Of a DNA stretch of 49,108 nucleotides, positions 29,041 through 38,670 are shown one piece after another. The notes beneath the pieces are model-generated. The model had not been told where the DNA came from and ran no database searches. It saw only the letters and a list, made by a program, of their open reading frames with translations. The stretch's first letter is position 1. Each line of letters starts with the position of its first letter. The position numbers were made by a program, and so were the translations under genes. Source of the DNA: Minisyncoccia bacterium (GTDB taxonomy: Bacteria > Patescibacteriota > Minisyncoccia > 2-02-FULL-40-12 > IGHO2-01-FULL-4-A); assembly GCA_041499075.1 (NCBI GenBank), contig JBGQJN010000003.1, positions 1 to 49,108 of the forward strand. The letters are read 5' to 3'.

Positions 29041-29151
29041 CTGACGAACGAAGGTGATTGAGGAGTGAAGATGACGAAATACTTAGCATAGAAATGCGAA
29101 TGTAGAAAGTACTGAGGTCACCAGACCGAATGTGCCCGACAAGTAAACTTT

Positions 29152-29472
29152 ATGGACAAAGAAAAAATGACGCCGGTTGAACGGATACCGGTAAAAATAA
29201 AAGATACCATAGTCGCAGAAGCTGCAGAGAGCTTTTTGAACGGCTCGAGTCCGCTTGATGCCGGACTTACACCTAAAATGTTAGGAGATGCAGTTACCAA
29301 AGAGGAGTTGGAGAGATTTGATTTTTTGTTCAAAAAAGATAAAAATAGGGAACCAATGACCCGAGATGAAGACAACGAGATGGTTGATATAGCTACCAAG
29401 GTCACGACAATTGTTCAAGGTATAGTTGAAAAGATTAACCCCGGGCTTAGAAAAAAATTAAAATTATTCTAA
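29152..29472 (+). CDS. Hypothetical charged helical protein
   Basis: Open 106-aa ORF with K/E-rich composition downstream of tRNA-Pro. Confidence 0.65.
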   Translation: MDKEKMTPVERIPVKIKDTIVAEAAESFLNGSSPLDAGLTPKMLGDAVTKEELERFDFLFKKDKNREPMTRDEDNEMVDIATKVTTIVQGIVEKINPGLRKKLKLF

Positions 29473-29476
29473 AATA

Positions 29477-29914
29477 ATGCCAAAAAACTTGGAGAAAACC
29501 ACAATAAAAAGAGGGCTTAGCGATGCACTATTGAAACGAAATCGAGGGCTTGTTAATCCTGAAAAGACTGGGCCGGCTCCGGTTATTGAATTTGATTCAG
29601 CCAAAAAAGAAAGAAGAGATAAACTAGAAAGTGAGATTAGAGAGTTTAAGCGTAATAAACTAGAGAACTTAAAAAGTAAAACACCAGATGATCTTATAGA
29701 AATCGCCTTATTAGAGGGAGGACTGACTGACGAGGAGATCGATTCAATACCAAACTTAGATATAAAATCAAAAATAAGGCTCAAGCTTATTATGTTGCTT
29801 CACGATGAAATATCAGGTCTTCAAGGTTTAAGTTGGCGACTCGAGAAAGAGAAAAGAGAACTCAAGGAAGAATTAGAAAAAATCCGCCAAACAAAAGAGC
29901 CTGATTCAAAGTAG
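29477..29914 (+). CDS. Hypothetical coiled-coil protein
   Basis: Open 145-aa K/E-rich ORF starting 4 bp after the previous stop. Confidence 0.65.
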   Translation: MPKNLEKTTIKRGLSDALLKRNRGLVNPEKTGPAPVIEFDSAKKERRDKLESEIREFKRNKLENLKSKTPDDLIEIALLEGGLTDEEIDSIPNLDIKSKIRLKLIMLLHDEISGLQGLSWRLEKEKRELKEELEKIRQTKEPDSK

Positions 29915-30373
29915 CTTTGCTACTTCATCAAGCTCATCAGCGATACCTTCGATCAGATCGTATTTCTTGGCTTCTTTGGCAGTGACCCAGGCGTGATCAG
30001 TCAGGTCCTTGCCCAGTTTTACCTTGCCTCTCTTGTAATGCGCCCAATAAGACAGTGTCACTACCGGGTAACCGTCCGGCCTGACAAAAACCAAATCGCA
30101 AAGGTATTGCGGTTTTTTCATCTCCAGATTGGCTTCCTCGCGCACTTCTTTGGCCAGAACCCAATTGACAACATTGTACCATTGCGGGAAGCCGGCCGTT
30201 TTAGGCAGATGATTGTATTCGTGCAGAACCAGTTTGCCGCCAGGCACCGTCCACTTTTCAGGAAACGCCTTTTCCCAAGGCGCGCGTTTGACGATCAAAA
30301 ATTTGCCGTCTTTTACGATGATTGCCGTCGCTACCACAAAATGTAATCTGGGATCCAGGGTTTTGTCGGTCAT
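29906..30373 (-). CDS. NUDIX hydrolase
   Basis: KWTVPGGK...KEVREEAN NUDIX box; ATG at 30373 overlaps the upstream stop (ATGA). Confidence 0.88.
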   Translation of the reverse strand: MTDKTLDPRLHFVVATAIIVKDGKFLIVKRAPWEKAFPEKWTVPGGKLVLHEYNHLPKTAGFPQWYNVVNWVLAKEVREEANLEMKKPQYLCDLVFVRPDGYPVVTLSYWAHYKRGKVKLGKDLTDHAWVTAKEAKKYDLIEGIADELDEVAKLL

Positions 30374-31437
30374 AAGCCTAAAACCTCCGCTACTTGGTTG
30401 ATAAGGGCAACTGCGATCGGAGCGGGCAGTAAGCTGTGCGATGACGCTCCGGTATCGTCGTTTGTTATCCAAGGTTCTTCCGTCACTTTAACACCGCCGC
30501 TTAATTTATCAAGCTCATAATTATAGGCCGGGGTAATTTCGTAATCGTCGACGCTATTCTTGGCTAATGCTACCGGAATGGAATTGCGCAGGAAAACCTG
30601 GGGTACACCCTCCAGGCCGAGAAGCGTTCGCATCACCTCGCCGTCACCTTCAATCCTGTTTCGTATCGCTTCTATGCCCAGGTCATCTCCCTCTTTTGAA
30701 ACCATTCTCTGGCGGTCACACTTGGGATTATCACAGATAAGATAAAATTTAGATAATTTTTCATCATAGCCAACTTCTTTTGTCCTCAAAAGTTTGAGAT
30801 TCCTCGGCGTCCGGCATTGCGGGCAGATAACCCGATATTTCATGCGCTCATCGATCACCGATTCAGGCACATCAATAAAAACAAAAAAATCCGGATCGTC
30901 ACGATAGCCCATTAGCGATCTGAAATATAGAGAATAAGAAACCTGGTCCATATTTCTGGGAAAACCGTCAACAAAGATGGCTTTGCGGCCGGCTTTATCA
31001 ATTTCTCTTTCAGTCAGAGCCAGGATAATTTCAGTCGGCAGAAGTGTTTGGGTGTCGCGTCCCAGAATGACATCTAAGGCTTTATCAATTGAGATGAAAC
31101 CACGGTATCTTTTTTTTAGAAAATCAACCAGTTCGTCTTTTTTCGAATTATCTGCCAGACTCTCGTGAGCACTGCGCACAACGTCACCAACCGAGATATG
31201 CGCCACCTTGTCGGTACCCAAAGCTTCAATGAAAAGTTTGACATATGTGCCTTTGCCGGAATTCTTGGGTCCCAGAAGAATACCCATAAAAACATTTTCC
31301 CTGAGATACTTACGCAGTTTTTTTATCGCCTGGCCCGCTTTGAGCTGGAAATACTCCTGGCGTTCCTTGGGATCTTCAAGTAAAAAAGCCCTGCTGCCGG
31401 TTTTAGTTTTATAGATGGGAAAATTTATTCCTTTCAT
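30370..31437 (-). CDS. Adenylate/nucleoside-monophosphate kinase-like protein, extended
   Basis: LLGPKNSGKGT, HISVGDVVR, FVDGFPRNMDQ, CPQC...CDNPKC lid. Confidence 0.82.
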   Translation of the reverse strand: MKGINFPIYKTKTGSRAFLLEDPKERQEYFQLKAGQAIKKLRKYLRENVFMGILLGPKNSGKGTYVKLFIEALGTDKVAHISVGDVVRSAHESLADNSKKDELVDFLKKRYRGFISIDKALDVILGRDTQTLLPTEIILALTEREIDKAGRKAIFVDGFPRNMDQVSYSLYFRSLMGYRDDPDFFVFIDVPESVIDERMKYRVICPQCRTPRNLKLLRTKEVGYDEKLSKFYLICDNPKCDRQRMVSKEGDDLGIEAIRNRIEGDGEVMRTLLGLEGVPQVFLRNSIPVALAKNSVDDYEITPAYNYELDKLSGGVKVTEEPWITNDDTGASSHSLLPAPIAVALINQVAEVLGL

Positions 31438-31482
31438 AATATCACTCCTTTTATAATATCAATTAACAATACGAGGTTAAGC

Positions 31483-31577
31483 AAAAAATAAAACCGGGAA
31501 CTCTGGTCTGGAAAAACGAGTCACCGGCGGCCGCAAATCGGCGGTAAAAATAGGAAAAAGAACAAAATAAGGAACAA
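31483..31577 (-). ncRNA. Candidate pyrimidine-rich small RNA or leader
   Basis: TGTTATAAT promoter at 31591-31583; no ORF; ends in CCGG...CCGG-TTTTATTTTTT. Confidence 0.3.
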
Positions 31578-31634
31578 GTTGTATTATAACAAACGCCGTT
31601 TAACTCAACAACTTGAAATGTTGATAATTTATCG

Positions 31635-31817
31635 TTAACGATTACGTTCGGATGGGCTTCTTTTTTGTCTGCGATTTACTCTTTTTTTACTTATAAAAGA
31701 TCTCACACCTCCATTGACAATGTGATCTGGGCTTAGTTGCTGGACACGCTTGCTATTTGGTTTGGGTCTTTTGCCAGATCCTCGGCCGTCATTCACAAAG
31801 AATCTTTCTGCGCCCAT
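31635..31817 (-). CDS. Small basic hypothetical protein (60 aa)
   Basis: GGAGGATTGAGGATATG ribosome-binding context; R/K-rich. Confidence 0.45.
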   Translation of the reverse strand: MGAERFFVNDGRGSGKRPKPNSKRVQQLSPDHIVNGGVRSFISKKRVNRRQKRSPSERNR

Positions 31818-31844
31818 ATCCTCAATCCTCCTTATTATTTGACG

Positions 31845-33392
31845 CTATTCAATATTAGAAAAAAATCTTTTGGATGTCAACTTTTTCAAAAATATGACAA
31901 TCAAGACGTAAGCCGCAACAACCATATACCATTTGAACTCAATACTAATCGCCGCCCAGCTGGGTTTGGCCAGGATCTTAATGACGCCGAGTTCAAAACC
32001 CGTTAAAAGCCAGGCAAAGTAGCCAACTAGATGGCCGAGAACCGGCAGGATCATACCGGCTATACCGCTTACAAAACCCAGAAGCATGGCGAAGGGAATA
32101 GTCGGCAAAACAATAATATTGGCCGGCAGTGACGTAACGGACAAACTCTTGAAATAGTAGAGTAAGAGCGGAAGTACAAAGATTTGCGCTGAAGCTGTCA
32201 TGATAAGCGTCTCGCGCAGATTGAAGTAATCCGGTAGTTTGAAAAAGTATTTTTCGATTATCGGACTGACATAGATTAAGCCCAGCGTCGCCGCAAATGA
32301 AAGTTGAAAACCGACGTCATAGCGCAGAATTGTCGGGTTGAGCAAAACCATTAATGCTCCGGCGAGAACTATGGCGTTGCGCGGACTACTCAACCTGCCT
32401 TCCCGATTAGCAAGAAGAACCAGAGCGCCCATGATAGCCGCCCGTACGACCGATGCCTGCGCACCGGTCATGATCGTAAACAAGACAATGCCGGCAATTG
32501 AGAACCAGAACGCCAGTGGCCGCCGCATAAACAAAAGAAAGAACCAGGAAATGATACCGGCAATTATGGTGATATTGTAGCCCGAGACCGCAATAATATG
32601 GCTGGTGCTGGTACGTGCAAAATCCTGTTTGATATTATCAGGAAGCTGGGACCGACTGCCAAGCAAAATACCATCCACAAAGGCCGCATTCGGTTGCATA
32701 ATACTGCGGCCGACCGATCTTTCAAAAGAATTTTTGAACACAAAAATTTCACGAAAAACTGCCAGCTTCCATTTTTCATAGAAAGGCAGGTCTATTTGAG
32801 TCGTGATGATATTGGGATAGCTGACAGTCGTAAATATGCTGTCTTTGGCAAGATACGTCCGGTAATCAAAATCACTGAAATTTTGAGGCAGTTGTACTTC
32901 GCCGGTGATCGCAAGCTTATCGCCATATTGGTATTCAGGAAAAAGTTGGGTAGTGATCAGGGTTCTTTCATTAACATCAATGGACTGCTGACCGGCTATC
33001 AGCTTCAAGGCACGGAAAACCAAATTCTGCTTACTGCCGCTTACAACCGGCTCATCGTCAATGTAGCCATTGAGCGTGACTTTGATCGGATGTTTGTGCT
33101 TTGGGTCTATGACCTGTGCCTGGGCTTCGGCGAATTTTTGCAGATTGTGCTGGCGCGAGTTTACATAATTGAATCTGACCACTCCCAAAACGAAAAAGAG
33201 TGTCAGAAACGCCGCCAGACCGATCTTCACATTCAAAAGCCGCGAGCCGCGGCGGTAAAATATGGCAATCAAAACGGCGCAGACTAAAGCGGTAGATTCA
33301 ACTGCAAGATTTGGTATATTGAAAAACGAACCCGCGAAAACCCCGGCAATGAAGGCAAGTAATATGAAAAAAAATATTTGGGATTTATGCAT
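31845..33392 (-). CDS. comEC: ComEC/Rec2 DNA-uptake channel (DUF4131 plus competence domain, no beta-lactamase domain)
   Basis: FDYRTYL, GILLG, HIIAVSGYN, SVVRAAIMG, GFQLSFAAT; start reassigned to MHKSQ. Confidence 0.92.
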   Translation of the reverse strand: MHKSQIFFFILLAFIAGVFAGSFFNIPNLAVESTALVCAVLIAIFYRRGSRLLNVKIGLAAFLTLFFVLGVVRFNYVNSRQHNLQKFAEAQAQVIDPKHKHPIKVTLNGYIDDEPVVSGSKQNLVFRALKLIAGQQSIDVNERTLITTQLFPEYQYGDKLAITGEVQLPQNFSDFDYRTYLAKDSIFTTVSYPNIITTQIDLPFYEKWKLAVFREIFVFKNSFERSVGRSIMQPNAAFVDGILLGSRSQLPDNIKQDFARTSTSHIIAVSGYNITIIAGIISWFFLLFMRRPLAFWFSIAGIVLFTIMTGAQASVVRAAIMGALVLLANREGRLSSPRNAIVLAGALMVLLNPTILRYDVGFQLSFAATLGLIYVSPIIEKYFFKLPDYFNLRETLIMTASAQIFVLPLLLYYFKSLSVTSLPANIIVLPTIPFAMLLGFVSGIAGMILPVLGHLVGYFAWLLTGFELGVIKILAKPSWAAISIEFKWYMVVAAYVLIVIFLKKLTSKRFFSNIE

Positions 33393-33510
33393 TGTCGCTC
33401 GCCATTGCCAATTTAGTTCCGGCTCCGCCCTAGTACCTTCTAGGGACGTTGCGCTCATTCCAGCGATTCGCTACACTATTTTGAAATTGTGTCTTCGCTC
33501 GCAGTGAGGA
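33393..33510. repeat. GA-rich structured REP-like element upstream of comEC
   Basis: tcgctcgc at both ends; gccctag/ctagggac hairpin. Confidence 0.45.
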
Positions 33511-33628
33511 ATCATTATACTGCTTGCGACCTAGCAAGACCCAATTTCAGAATCCCCAGAAAATACTAGGACCTACGCCCGATCAAACTAAATTAGCAAT
33601 GGTTCGCTTTAGCGTTTAATCTAGCAAA

Positions 33629-33895
33629 TTATTTTAAAACTTCCATTCTTTGACCAAATTCAAAAACCTGTCCATCGGCTACTGGTTTATATCCATGCTT
33701 GATAATTGCCGAAGCTACTGCCGATTCATCTACCTCTTCACAATGCTCTAAGCCCTGGGCTAAATATAGATACTTACCCGCTTCAGTTTTAACAAAATAC
33801 CGCTTTCCGCCTATGTCGTCCAGAACAGCCATGACTTGTATTTTCAAGTCCGGTGTTGGCTCAAATTTATTAAGTTGTTTCTCCAAAATACTCAT
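33629..33895 (-). CDS. Small hypothetical protein (candidate immunity/partner)
   Basis: 88-aa ORF starting 1 bp after the stop of the DUF3626-like gene. Confidence 0.65.
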   Translation of the reverse strand: MSILEKQLNKFEPTPDLKIQVMAVLDDIGGKRYFVKTEAGKYLYLAQGLEHCEEVDESAVASAIIKHGYKPVADGQVFEFGQRMEVLK

Positions 33896-33896
33896 T

Positions 33897-35809
33897 TTAA
33901 ATTATTTTAATTTTATCTTTCCATGCCGGGTCTTGAAGTAGTCGATTAATAAGACTTCGATAATCGCCTTTATCTTCAAAATATTCGTGTGATTCAGCTA
34001 TGGAACGCGGAACGTTAATACTGTCTACATCATCAAGATTAAGGCCTTTAATATGTGCTTCAATATAGCCCATATTATTGACAGAGCGACCAATGGCATT
34101 TTCCATTTTCATATAGCTATTATTCATGGCCTTTATCAAATTAGCATGCTCGGGCGCAATTTGTCTTGTCCTGGCATAGTTTGCCCAATCAAGAGTATCT
34201 ATTCCAAGGTTATGTAATTTTTCCCCGGCTAGTGCATTTTGTCCACTCATTGAATCACCTTCGCAAAAAACAGCTTCGGTTGTCGGTTTTAGTTTGAGAA
34301 AAATACTTCCGTACATATCTGCTCCGCCCTCTTTTTCGTCTATGCCGTTTTCACTCGCATAGGTGCCATAAATTGTGGGGACTTCAGGATCATAAACACC
34401 TAGTGCTTCTTCAACGGTCTTTCTGTAATTAAAATAAAAATTGCCGCCACGGCCCTCTGCCCGCTCCATTTCTCTTAGCTCCTCTTCATTGAGAGCAAAA
34501 ATATCTTTGAAACCTCCTTGCGTTAAAACCGTTTCTAATTTGTCGGCAGTTATATTTACACACAAGAAGTTAGTATTTTCAGCAAGAGTTTTTTCACTAT
34601 TAAGTGAATCCGTTACCTCCTCCTTAGTTTTTTTAACTATGCATTTTTCGGCATCAGCCCTTGGAATTAGATCGGAACCCAGAACGAATAATGCGTCGGT
34701 TTTTGATTCCGTGTCTGATACCCATTTGCCGAATCCAATGTTGTCGAGCATGGCCTGTTTTTCTTCCCACTCAAGTCTGTTGAAACGAGTATTTCTTTCT
34801 TCCATGAATTGTTCATCTTTGAGTTGCTCCTTGGTAGGTATAGTAATGCCATGCCAATCACCAGTTTCCAAAAGAGATTTATCAATTTGTATTCGCAACT
34901 GATCTCTAACTTTATACTCTACCTCTTTTCCCTTGTCATGAAGTACGGCATGTAGATCGTTACGGTCAGCTGTCTCTGGAGTGAACCCGAGAGAGGAAAG
35001 GGAAACATCTACACCAAGTTCGGTAAGTTTTGGTTGAATCTCAGCTATACTCTTTTCCATAATAGGAGCAAGCGCATCGTAGATAACAATTCTTTCCGCC
35101 TTCTGAAACGCGTAGGCATCAATAACCCCCTTGATCGTTTCCAGTTCATAAAACGCCTGCAAAGAATTCCTGGTATTTTCAAAACTTCGCGCTAAAACCT
35201 CGCGACGGCTTTCCGGTGCTTCAGCCAAAATTCTCTCTTCGTCCTCTTTAGTTAAAGCAAATTTTGTAAATATTTCTCTTCCAAGATATTCGTTGAGTTC
35301 TCTTTTTTCTTTCTGCTCTTGAGTTTCTTGGGCTTCTACTTGTTCAGCAGGTACAACTTCCGGCTCGGGTGGTTTTTCTACTGGTGTTTCAGCAATTGGA
35401 CTTTCGGGTATCGGTAGAATCTCTGCGGGAATAGATTCCGCCATTTCCTTAAAATGGATCACCTCCGGTTGGCTGGAACTTAAATTTTTGATTTTGTTTT
35501 TTGCCACTTGCACTAGAGCGGCAATCTTTTCTTTTGTGGTTCTAACACGTTCCGAAAATCCGCCGGCTGTAAAAATTGATTCGGCTTTTTGTTTATCAAG
35601 GCCTACGATGCCGGGACTGATTCTACTTTTGTGTCAGCTTTTTCAAATACCTGGGCTTGTTCGGCGTCAACTTCAGCGTGAGCTTTATCTACCAGTTCTT
35701 TTAAACCGGCTTCATCATATTCTAAACTTTCCGGTTGGCTTTGGCCGGGTATTTCTTCTCTTACCTCTAAACTTTCCGCTTGTTTGGGACTTTCTATGCC
35801 GGTGGTCAT
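33897..35809 (-). pseudogene. Frameshifted ~637-aa protein: acidic helical N-terminus plus C-terminal DUF3626/ADP-ribosyltransferase-like domain
   Basis: ORFs 35603..35809 and 33897..35513 join if one base is restored at GCA TCG TAG GCC (gives ..ASVGLDKQKAES..); motifs VN, PTIYG, YGSIFLKLK, GDS, YIEAHI..L.LDDV. Confidence 0.65.
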
Positions 35810-35815
35810 GTGTGT

Positions 35816-35986
35816 TTAAGATGGCAGACTTTGACGTATTTCTTTTAGTCTTTCTTCTTTCAAAGCCTCCTGATAATCTGTAATAGCTTGGTATAGTTCT
35901 TTTTCAAGATTTCCCAGCTCAAGCCGGAATTGGGATAGTATGGCCTGCAATTCAGTTACTTTTTGTTGGATCTCCTGACTATTCAT
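35816..35986 (-). CDS. Small coiled-coil protein (56 aa; missed by the ORF track)
   Basis: Manual translation: MNSQEIQQKVTELQAILSQFRLELGNLEKELYQAITDYQEALKEERLKEIRQSLPS*. Confidence 0.7.
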   Translation of the reverse strand: MNSQEIQQKVTELQAILSQFRLELGNLEKELYQAITDYQEALKEERLKEIRQSLPS

Positions 35987-36019
35987 GATTTTATGGTATT
36001 CATTTGATATTTAAGTTCG

Positions 36020-36631
36020 TTACGTCAACGCTTCTAATTCTCTTAATACCGATTCAAAGGCGTTGATGGCGTAGAGGGCTTGCTGGTGGGTCAGGCGGAA
36101 GTTGACATCGTGGACGAGAAGATTGCGGAGTTTGTGGGCCTCCCAAAGATATTGAAGATTGATGAGCTGGTCCGGTTGGATTAGCATCAGCCGCTCGCCC
36201 ATTGATTCGCCGAGGAAGCCGGCAGATTTTAACACATCATCCACAAATTTATCACCCTCAACTATGGCCAGTTTCCACTCGGCCTCGTTTATAGAATTAA
36301 CATGCCTCTTGATCTCCTGCCAACGGTTATCATAAGCAGTTACGGCAACTTGGGGTGGAACCACTTCACCTTTTACCTCGGCAAGTTCCTCTTTAAGCGT
36401 ACCGAGATTCCAGAGACGGCGCATTATCCATACAAATAGCGCAAGAAGGATTAGCGTCAAAATCAGAGAAATTGTTTTGATGTCCGTGATCAATCGGTGA
36501 TAATTAAAATTTGTGAAGTATTGGAAAAAACCATCATATGCCCGGGCAAATTGTTTGTTTAAATTGGGGTTAAACAAAACCTTTGGATTTTTGCTATTGG
36601 TAAAAAATGGCGGCAGTGTTGGTACTGGCAT
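36020..36631 (-). CDS. Membrane-anchored hypothetical protein
   Basis: TM helix; WKLAIVEGDK, GESMGERL, WEAHKLRN.LVH (R-x4-H, HEPN-like). Confidence 0.75.
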   Translation of the reverse strand: MPVPTLPPFFTNSKNPKVLFNPNLNKQFARAYDGFFQYFTNFNYHRLITDIKTISLILTLILLALFVWIMRRLWNLGTLKEELAEVKGEVVPPQVAVTAYDNRWQEIKRHVNSINEAEWKLAIVEGDKFVDDVLKSAGFLGESMGERLMLIQPDQLINLQYLWEAHKLRNLLVHDVNFRLTHQQALYAINAFESVLRELEALT

Positions 36632-36645
36632 AGTAATAAAGTCTG

Positions 36646-38067
36646 CTAGCTGTTCTCCAGAGCGTAGGCGACCTGCAAAATCTTGGCCTCACTGAAATGC
36701 TCGCCTATTATTTGAAAACCAACCGGCAAATTCTTACCATCTTTTTCAATCGTACCGCACGGAATTGAAATCGCAGGTAATCCGGCCAAATTGGCCTGTA
36801 CTGTATAGATGTCTGCCAAATATGCCGACAGCGGATCGCCCAGTTCGCCAAGCCTAGGCGCAACAGAGGGCATCGTTGGGCCGACGATTACATCATATTT
36901 CTGAAAAATATTATGGAAGTCCTGTCTTATCTTGGCACGGACCTTTTGCGCCTTGAGATAATAGGCATCGTGATAGCCGGCCGAAAGTGCGTAAGTGCCG
37001 AGCATTATCCGGCGCTTAACCTCTTCGCCGAATCCCTCGGCGCGGGAGTCCAAGTAGACATCAAGAAGATTGCCAGCTTTCTTGTGCGTGGAATGGCCGT
37101 ACTTGATGCCGTCATACCTGGCTAGGTTAGCCGAAATTTCCGAAGGCACAATGATATAGTAGACGGCAACGGCATATTCTGTCATGGGCAGACTGACTTC
37201 GTCAATATGCGCGCCGAGTGATTCAAGTTTGGCAATCGCTTTTTGAACGGCATTATTGACCTCGGGGTCAAGACCTTCAGAAAAAAACTCTTTGGGCATG
37301 GCAACTTTGAGACCGCTGATGGGCTTGCCGAGATTGGCCGTATAATCGGGCAACTCGCGCGCCGGCTCAACTGAAGTTGAATCCATCGGATCGTGTCCAG
37401 CTATGGTATTGAGCACTAGCGCCGCGTCTTCTACGGTTTTGGTAAGCGTTCCAATCTGGTCAAGACTTGAAGCCATAGCCATCAAGCCGTAGCGCGAAAC
37501 TAAACCATAAGTTGGCTTGAGGCCGACAACGCCGCAAAATGAAGCCGGATTGCGGATTGAACCGCCGGTATCGGAACCCAGGGCATAAACGGCGAGGTCC
37601 GCCGCCACGGCGGCGGCCGAGCCGCCGGATGAACCGCCGGCGACACAAGTACTGTCATGCGGATTGAGCGTTGGACCAAATGCCGAGTTCTCCGTTGTAG
37701 AACCCATTGCGAATTCGTCTAGGTTAGTCTTGCCCAAAAATATTACCCCAGCGCGTTTGAGCTTGCTTACCACCGTGGCGTCATAAGGCGCGATGTAGTT
37801 ATTCAAAATCTTAGAAGCTGCCGTACATTTCTCGCCTTCAATCAAAATATTATCTTTGATCGCACAGGGAATACCGGAAAGAGTATTTAGTATTTCGTAT
37901 TTAGTATTTCGTATTTTTTTAGAATCAAAAACGGATAAATATGCGTTTAAATTAGGATTTTCTTTGCTAATCCGCTTGTGATATTCAGCCGTTATCTCTT
38001 CAACCGAAAACTCACCTTTCTTCAGGCCCTCATTGACAGATTTTATTGTAGTTGGTAAACTAGACAA
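36646..38067 (-). CDS. gatA: Asp/Glu-tRNA amidotransferase subunit A
   Basis: [53 protein letters not shown]. Confidence 0.96.
   Translation of the reverse strand: MSSLPTTIKSVNEGLKKGEFSVEEITAEYHKRISKENPNLNAYLSVFDSKKIRNTKYEILNTLSGIPCAIKDNILIEGEKCTAASKILNNYIAPYDATVVSKLKRAGVIFLGKTNLDEFAMGSTTENSAFGPTLNPHDSTCVAGGSSGGSAAAVAADLAVYALGSDTGGSIRNPASFCGVVGLKPTYGLVSRYGLMAMASSLDQIGTLTKTVEDAALVLNTIAGHDPMDSTSVEPARELPDYTANLGKPISGLKVAMPKEFFSEGLDPEVNNAVQKAIAKLESLGAHIDEVSLPMTEYAVAVYYIIVPSEISANLARYDGIKYGHSTHKKAGNLLDVYLDSRAEGFGEEVKRRIMLGTYALSAGYHDAYYLKAQKVRAKIRQDFHNIFQKYDVIVGPTMPSVAPRLGELGDPLSAYLADIYTVQANLAGLPAISIPCGTIEKDGKNLPVGFQIIGEHFSEAKILQVAYALENS
37883..37917. repeat. Five tandem 7-mers (GTATTTA/C) inside gatA
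   Basis: gtattta gtatttc gtattta gtatttc gtatttt, encoding [12 protein letters not shown]. Confidence 0.85.
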
Positions 38068-38092
38068 GGCTACTTTATTAAGGGGGTTAAAA

Positions 38093-38341
38093 ATGAGAAA
38101 TCTGGCCTTCGTAATTTGGGCGACAATTTATCCCATAACTGTCTCTGCTGTTTCATACTTATTCTTCTTAGAAGGCTTTCAACATTCCCATGACGAGCGT
38201 GACTTCGAAGGTTTTGTGAATTTGGTAATTTGGGTTTGGATTGGCACATTGCTCTACGAAAAAAGAATAAAAGGTATTAAGGTGGATCCAGATCTTGAGA
38301 CTTCTAATTCTCCGAATCCTGAAACACCGCCTTCACCTTAA
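38093..38341 (+). CDS. Small two-TM membrane protein antisense between gatC and gatA
   Basis: AAGGGGG SD then ATG at 38093; two hydrophobic segments. Confidence 0.5.
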   Translation: MRNLAFVIWATIYPITVSAVSYLFFLEGFQHSHDERDFEGFVNLVIWVWIGTLLYEKRIKGIKVDPDLETSNSPNPETPPSP

Positions 38342-38624
38342 CAAAATTATCCTTGCTCTCCGGAGCCATTTCAACCAGTTTCACTGCATCAGCCGCCTGG
38401 TCTTCCAGCGGCTTTTTTGATGGCTCATCCTTGCGGAAAACATTCTCCAAACCCGCAATGTGCGCAATTGGTTCTACGCCATCCGTATTTACTTCTTTCA
38501 ACTTATCAATATAACCCAAAATAGCCCCCAGCTCTGCGGCCATTTTTTCTTTATCATGCTCACCCAATCTAATCCTGGCCAACCCGGCAATATGCTCAAC
38601 TTCTTTTTTACTAATTTCACTCAT
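38304..38624 (-). CDS. gatC: Asp/Glu-tRNA amidotransferase subunit C
   Basis: EVEHIAGLARI, ILGYIDKLKEVNTDGVEP, FRKD, AP...FVKV. Confidence 0.93.
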   Translation of the reverse strand: MSEISKKEVEHIAGLARIRLGEHDKEKMAAELGAILGYIDKLKEVNTDGVEPIAHIAGLENVFRKDEPSKKPLEDQAADAVKLVEMAPESKDNFVKVKAVFQDSEN

Positions 38625-38670
38625 AATCTTAATATCAAAATAACATTTAATTTACATCTCTGGAAGTGTA

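Noticed and set aside
32598-33287. 229-aa plus-strand ORF and similar long antisense ORFs (12496, 16545, 26310, 34441, 41789)
   Set aside because: Shadow frames opposite well-supported genes, with no recognisable motifs
35603-35605. Stop-codon readthrough or recoding of TAG
   Set aside because: The downstream coding region is in a different frame, and other genes use TAG and TGA as normal stops (code 11)
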